Assembly (NCBI GenBank): GCA_030141605.1
Contig: JAQGDQ010002091.1
Coordinates: 1 to 15,250 of the forward strand
Source: Tubiluchus corallicola
Lineage: Eukaryota; Animalia; Priapulida
Reading direction: 5' to 3'
DNA length: 15,250 nt
Both the position numbers and the translations under genes were made by a program. This document shows, in pieces, positions 9,792 through 15,250 of this stretch; position 1 is the first letter of the stretch; the number at the start of each line of letters is the position of its first letter. The notes beneath the pieces were generated by a model. It saw only the letters and a program-made list of their open reading frames with translations, had not been told where the DNA came from and made no database searches.

Positions 9792-11075
9792 ATGGCATCT
9801 TCATTAGATGAGCCGCAAACTCCAGCTGAAAGGGTTGATGCGATGGGTAACTGGAACGAGAGATACGATTATGTTTTTGGTAACGAAGATTTCCAGGAAT
9901 TATGTGATGTAACTTTTTCAGTTGGTGAAATCATCATCAACGCTAGTCGGTACTTACTTGCACTTCGGAGTGACGTTTTTAAGAGGATGCTGTTTGGGCC
10001 ACTGTGTCATAAACCTGGTGATGTTATACCAATAACCGATGTTGAACCTGAAGTATTCCTGCTGCTTTTGAGATTCATTTATACTGACAAGGCTGAATTA
10101 ACTGGTGATAATGTTCTCTCGGTACTTTACTTAGCTAAAAAATACAACATTCGTGAACTTGAAAAAATGGCTGCTGATTTCCTTAAGTCTGAAATCACAA
10201 CTGACAACGTTTGTACCATTCTCACAGCTGCTTGTTTCTATGAAAAGCGAGATGTAGAGATGAACTGTTTGGAGGTCATTAGTATCGAGACGGAAGCAGT
10301 TATAAAGTCCGACAGTTTTACTTCCTTGAGCTACGACAGCTTATTGAGGATTGTCAAACTTGATGAACTGACAATTACTGAAGAGGGGAAACTATTTGAT
10401 GCAGTTTTAAGATGGGCTGATGCTGAATGTAAGCGAAAGAACCTAGAGCAAAATGTGTTCAACAAGAGAACAGTCTTATGTGACATCTTGTTTCAAATGA
10501 GATTTCCCACAATGGACCCAGAGTTATTCATCAAAGGACCGGTAGCAACTGGAATATTAAATGCCGAGGAGCAACTGAATGTTTTTATCAATTATCATCA
10601 AGAAGAGACATCAGAATCAATATTTCCAAAAACGCAGAGAAACTACGCAGAAGTCGTGTCAGTCATGTTCGCTATACCTGTTGAGAAAATTAATATATTA
10701 GGAATAGAATTAGTAAATCCTAAATCAGAAAAGATTGCAACCATTGGTGATGCTGATAAGCTTGTCATTCGTCTTTGCAGATGTCATGATAGAGACTGCT
10801 CCAATGCTGGTGATAACCGTGGTAAAGGCTGTTGCTTGAATTTACAAGTTGATCCCTTTTCTTCTCGTAGCATTTGTAAGAACAGTTACATTGAAGTGAT
10901 TAACAATAATCCACAAAGGTCACTCAAAACTATTCTAAATGAAGATAAAAAGAAATGGCCCTGGTACTGGCTAGCAAGAAATATTGCACAGTTTAGAACC
11001 GTCATGGACCCTGCTTCCGGGTTTATTCATGATGGAAAAATTCGCATAAAAGTTCTGATGCTGTTTAGAAAATGA
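9792..11075 (+). CDS. BTB/POZ-BACK domain protein (BTBD1/2/3/6-like N-terminal two thirds) with a divergent MATH/TRAF-like C-terminal domain; putative Cullin-3 substrate adaptor; uninterrupted ORF, 427 aa
   Basis: BTB motifs: DVTFSVG, LLALRSDVFKRMLFG, ITDVEPEVFLLLLRFIYTD, VLYLAKKY. BACK motifs: DNVCTIL, SFTSLS, EEGKLFDAVLRWA, MRFPTM, TGILN. The C-terminal DPASGFIHDGKIRIKV resembles the end of MATH domains. The start context is AGG-ATG-G with an in-frame TAA upstream at 9759, and the stop is TGA. Confidence 0.93.
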   Translation: MASSLDEPQTPAERVDAMGNWNERYDYVFGNEDFQELCDVTFSVGEIIINASRYLLALRSDVFKRMLFGPLCHKPGDVIPITDVEPEVFLLLLRFIYTDKAELTGDNVLSVLYLAKKYNIRELEKMAADFLKSEITTDNVCTILTAACFYEKRDVEMNCLEVISIETEAVIKSDSFTSLSYDSLLRIVKLDELTITEEGKLFDAVLRWADAECKRKNLEQNVFNKRTVLCDILFQMRFPTMDPELFIKGPVATGILNAEEQLNVFINYHQEETSESIFPKTQRNYAEVVSVMFAIPVEKINILGIELVNPKSEKIATIGDADKLVIRLCRCHDRDCSNAGDNRGKGCCLNLQVDPFSSRSICKNSYIEVINNNPQRSLKTILNEDKKKWPWYWLARNIAQFRTVMDPASGFIHDGKIRIKVLMLFRK

Positions 11076-11139
11076 ATTGAAAGGAAAATCATTCCTTGAA
11101 ACTGATGCTTTCACGATTACGATTGATTGTTTATAGACC

Positions 11140-11145
11140 AATAAA
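11140..11145 (+). terminator. Candidate polyadenylation signal AATAAA of the BTB gene
   Basis: Canonical hexamer ~65 nt after the stop codon, followed by GT-rich sequence at ~11185-11210, before the second satellite. Confidence 0.45.
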
Positions 11146-11351
11146 TATTTACACCCCGTACGTTGCCGCCCATTTTGAAAAAGTAAGTCGGTTTGTCATG
11201 ATTGATTGTGATCAGCATAACAATGTCACGTACAAGCTGTATCGTATGATTTGGCATTCGTAAATCTCCTTGTTCTTCAACATTTTTTCATTCAAGATTT
11301 TGGTCAACTTATAGCCAACACAGAGAAAATACCAGAACTAATCGAGTTGTA

Positions 11352-13658
11352 TTTAGGCCTAGGTACATCGTATAGTATACAATAATTGTGCTTGTTTAGG
11401 CCTAGGTACATCGTATAGTATACAATAATTGTGTTTTTTAGGCCTAGGTACATCGTATAGTATACAATAATTGTGTTGTTTTTTAGGCCTAGGTACATCG
11501 TATAGTATACAATAATTGTGTTTTTTAGGCCTAGGTACATCGTATAGTATACAATAATTGTGTTTTTTAGGCCTAGGTACATCGTATAGTATACAATAAT
11601 TGTGTTTTTTAGGCCTAGGTACATCGTATAGTATACAATAATTGTGTTGTTTTTTAGGCCTAGGTACATCGTATAGTATACAATAATTGTGTTGTTTTTT
11701 AGGCCTAGGTACATCGTATAGTATACAATAATTGTGTTTTTTTAGGCCTAGGTACATCGTATAGTATACAATAATTGTTTTTTTAGGCCTAGGTACATCG
11801 TATAGTATACAATAATTGTGTTTTTTTAGGCCTAGGTACATCGTATAGTATACAATAATTGTTTTTTTTAGGCCTAGGTACATCGTATAGTATACAATAA
11901 TTGTTTTTTTTAGGCCTAGGTACATCGTATAGTATACAATAATTGTGTTTTTTTAGGCCTAGGTACATCGTATAGTATACAATAATTGTGTTTTTTTAGG
12001 CCTAGGTACATCGTATAGTATACAATAATTGTTTTTTTAGGCCTAGGTACATCGTATAGTATACAATAATTGTTTTTTTTAGGCCTAGGTACATCGTATA
12101 GTATACAATAATTGTGTTTTTTTAGGCCTAGGTACATCGATACAATAATTGTGTTTTTTTAGGCCTAGGTGCATCGTATAGTATACAATAATTGTGTTGC
12201 TTTTTAGGCCTAGGTACATCGTATAGTATACAATAATTGTGTTTTTAGGCCTAGGTACATCGTATAGTATACAATAATTGTGTTGTTTTTTAGGCCTAGG
12301 TACATCGTATAGTACACAATAATTGTGTTGTTTTTTAGGCCTAGGTACATCGTATAGTATACAATAATTGTGTTTTTTTAGGCCTAGGTACATCATATAG
12401 TATACAATAACTGTGTTTTTTTAGGCCCAGGTACATCATATAGTATACAATAACTGTGTTTTTTTAGGCCCAGGTACATCGTATAGTATACAATAATTGT
12501 GTTGTTTTTTAGGCCTAGGTACATCGTATAGTATACAATAATTGTGTTGTTTTTAGGCCTAGGTACATCGTATAGTACACAATAATTGTGTTGTTTTTTA
12601 GGCCTAGGTACATCGTATAGTATACAATAATTGTGTTTTTTTAGGCCCAGGTACATCGTGTAGTATACAATAATTGTGTTGTTTTTTAGGCCTAGGTACA
12701 TCGTATAGTATACAATAATTGTTTTTTTAGGCCTAGGTACATCGTATAATATACAATAATTGTGTTTTTTAGGCCCAGGTACATCGTATGGTATACAATA
12801 ATTGTGTTGCTTTTTAGGCCTAGGTACATCGTATAGTATACAATAATTGTGTTTTTTTAGGCCCAGGTACATCGTATAATATACAATAATTGTGTTGTTT
12901 TTTAGGCCTAGGTACATCGCATAGTATACAATAATTGGTTTTTTAGGCCTAGGTACCTCGTATAGTATACAATAATTGTGTTTTTTAGGCCTAGGTACAT
13001 CGTATAGTATACAATAATTGTGTTTTTTAGGCCTAGGTGCATCGTATAGTATACAATAATTGTGTTGCTTTTTAGGCCTAGGTACATCGTATAGTATACA
13101 ATAATTGTGTTTTTAGGCCTAGGTACATCGTATAGTATACAATAATTGTTGTTTTTAGGCCTAGGTACATCGTATAGTATACAATAATTGTGTTTTTTTA
13201 GGCCTAGGTACATCGTATAGTATACAATAATTGTCTTTTTAGGCCTAGGTACATCGTATAGTATACAATAATTGTTTTTTTTTATGCCTAGGTACATCGT
13301 ATAGTATACAATAATTGGTTCTTTTAGGCATAGGTACATCGTATAGTATACAATAATTGTTTTTTTATGCCTAGGTACATCGTATAGTATACAATAATTG
13401 TTTTTTTTATGCCTAGGTACATCGTATAGTATACAATAATTGGTTCTTTTAGGCCTAGGTACATCGTATAGTATACAATAATTGTGTTTTTAGGCCTAGG
13501 TACATCGTATAGTATACAATAATTGTTTTTTTAGGCCTAGGTACATCGTATAGTATACAATAATTGTGTTTTTTTAGGCCTAGGTACATCGTATAGTATA
13601 CAACAATTGTGTTTTAGGCCTAGGTACATCGTATAGTATACAATAATTGTGCTTTTTT
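11352..13658. repeat. ~42-43-bp (about 40-45) tandem minisatellite, ~54 copies
   Basis: Unit TAGGCCTAGGTACATCGTATAGTATACAATAATTGT followed by a variable G/T tail (GTTTTT, GTTGTTTTT, TTTTTT). Length variation is confined to the T-tract except for one 6-bp deletion near 12139. Confidence 0.99.
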
Positions 13659-14330
13659 CATCATTGTGCATCGACGATAGAGTAGATTACAGAGGGCACT
13701 GTTGTTGATGTTGAAAAGTCACCTGTAGCCTCTTTTGCATCTACAACCTCCCATGTTTTTTATAATCACTAGCTGCGTCATTTATGCCATTAGTAATGAC
13801 GTCATCTGCAAGCTTATGGTTATTTTTGTTAAAGTTAACGAGCCTTTTATTAAATAATTTGACGCTAATTTTTTTGGCCCACCTGTATAATGACTTTACG
13901 ATTACCATCATCATTTGAATAATTATTTCACTTGTTTCTGATATTATTGTGTTACAGATACATTTTTTGTTAAATTTGTATTTTTGTATACCTGTGTTTT
14001 TCCTCACCGGTGTATATACTTCGATATTATTCTGATATTTACTCATTATAGTACGTACAATTCGTTTATTATTAGGCCTATGTTTGCTTCAAATTACCAT
14101 CAATCACGTTAATAAACTATTATTATATTTGAACAAAATCAGCGTGTTGCAATAGTTTCTTCACTACAGGCAACTATATAATATATAATTTATTTATTAA
14201 AATGCAAACAAGAGCTGGACCACTACTGAAAAAAGAAAGATCTTAAATCTTCATTAGCGATCAATAGAGCTCAAGAATTCAGTTTCTATACACGGAAAAC
14301 ATGTTAAAAAATTGTCACATAACTCAGACT

Positions 14331-15081
14331 ATTAGAAAATGAAATGTAGTGTCTCTAACTAGCACTAGATGGCGAAAGTGACCATGCAGAACCAAATCTG
14401 AAAAGGTAAACAAAATACGCGAAACGGAAAAAACTGTGCAATTTATGAGAGTAGAGTACAGTAAAAACAACTAAATATGAAAGTGTCTCTAACTAGCACT
14501 AGATGGCGAAAGTGACCATGCAGAACCAAATCTGAAAAGGTAAACAAAATACGCGAAACGGAAAAAACTGTGCAATTTATGAGGGTAGAGTACAGTAAAA
14601 ACAACTAAATATGAAAGTGTCTCTAACTAGCACTAGATGGCGAAAGTGACCATGTAGAAAATACAAACGGAAAAAAGTATTAAAAAAGAACTGTCTTGTG
14701 TCTACTATACTATACTCCCATAACTTGCACAATTAGAAAATGAAATGTAGTGTCTCTAACTAACACTAGATGGCGAAAGTGACCATGTAAAAAAGTGAAA
14801 CGGAAAAAAGTATTAAAAAAGAACTGTGTTGTGTCTGCTGTACTCTACTCCCATAACTTGCACAATTAGAAAATGAAATGTAGTGTCTCTAACTAGCACT
14901 AGATGGCGAACGTGACCATGTAGAAAAGGAAAACGGAAAAAAGTATTAAAAAAGAACTGTGTTGTGTCTACTGTACTCTACTCCCATAACTTGCACAATT
15001 AGAGAATGAATTTAGTGTCTCTAACTAGCACTAGATGGCGAAAGTGACCATGTAGAACTAAATCAGAAAAGGTAAACAAAA
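14331..15081 (+). repeat. Composite tandem array, period 132-134 bp: six 39-bp cores separated by two spacer types (A,A,B,B,B, then partial A)
   Basis: The core AGTGTCTCTAACTAGCACTAGATGGCGAAAGTGACCATG starts at 14348, 14482, 14616, 14749, 14882 and 15014, with single mismatches in copies 4 and 5. Confidence 0.97.
14362..15041 (+). promoter_or_regulatory. Six co-oriented CTCF-like motifs (GCACTAGATGGCGA), one per repeat core
   Basis: CACTAGATGGCG matches the central 12 positions of the CTCF consensus CCASYAGRKGGCRS, while the first and last positions mismatch. Function is inferred only. Confidence 0.4.
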
Positions 15082-15250
15082 GGTCTTTAGTTAGCACTAG
15101 AGTGAAAGAATAATTACCACACAAACACAATTTCGCGTTCGTGCCACTAGTTCTGTCCTGTTACATGCATTTCATCATTCGCTAACTGGACGGGCACTAG
15201 CGCCTGCATTACGGAAACGCATTGCACGAAAACAATTGCTGTACCTCTCA

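Noticed and set aside
11304-13339. - strand ORFs with MYLGLKNTIIVYYT / HNYCILYDVPRPKK repeats
   Set aside because: They are translations of the second satellite, with frames shifting at nearly every T-tract length change.
13741-14046. 101-aa - strand ORF
   Set aside because: AT-rich, Lys/Asn/Ile-biased and without a recognisable motif. It could be a decayed coding fragment, but only a BLASTX search could support that.
14348-15052. Six 39-bp direct repeats with spacers as a CRISPR array
   Set aside because: Spacers are ~94 bp and fall into just two repeated types, and there are no cas genes.
15133-15207. Possible Helitron 3' end (GC-rich stretch before CACTAGT at ~15145; GGGCACTAGCGCC at ~15192)
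   Set aside because: The hairpins are short and mismatched, and no matching 5' end could be identified.

Overview
This looks like animal (probably invertebrate/arthropod) nuclear DNA, not prokaryotic, and about 70% of it is tandem repeat. In order: (1) a >=7.6 kb array of a 42-bp satellite running off the left edge, which explains all the long ORFs at 47-7695; (2) a short unique stretch with a strong CTCF-like motif and an (AAT)n microsatellite; (3) a truncated Tc1/mariner remnant on the - strand (terminal repeat end plus the start of a DUF4817-type transposase); (4) the only credible gene, an uninterrupted 427-aa BTB/POZ-BACK ORF (9792-11075, +) whose C-terminus looks MATH/TRAF-like rather than PHR or Kelch; (5) a second, unrelated ~42-43-bp satellite of 2.3 kb; (6) a 132-134-bp-period array of six 39-bp cores, each with a CTCF-like motif, separated by two spacer types that carry the same 39-bp module in opposite orientations. 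Items 4 and 6 are the most unusual. There is no evidence for CRISPR or any prokaryotic system, and no novel system can be established from sequence alone. Family assignments come from recalled motifs, not database searches.
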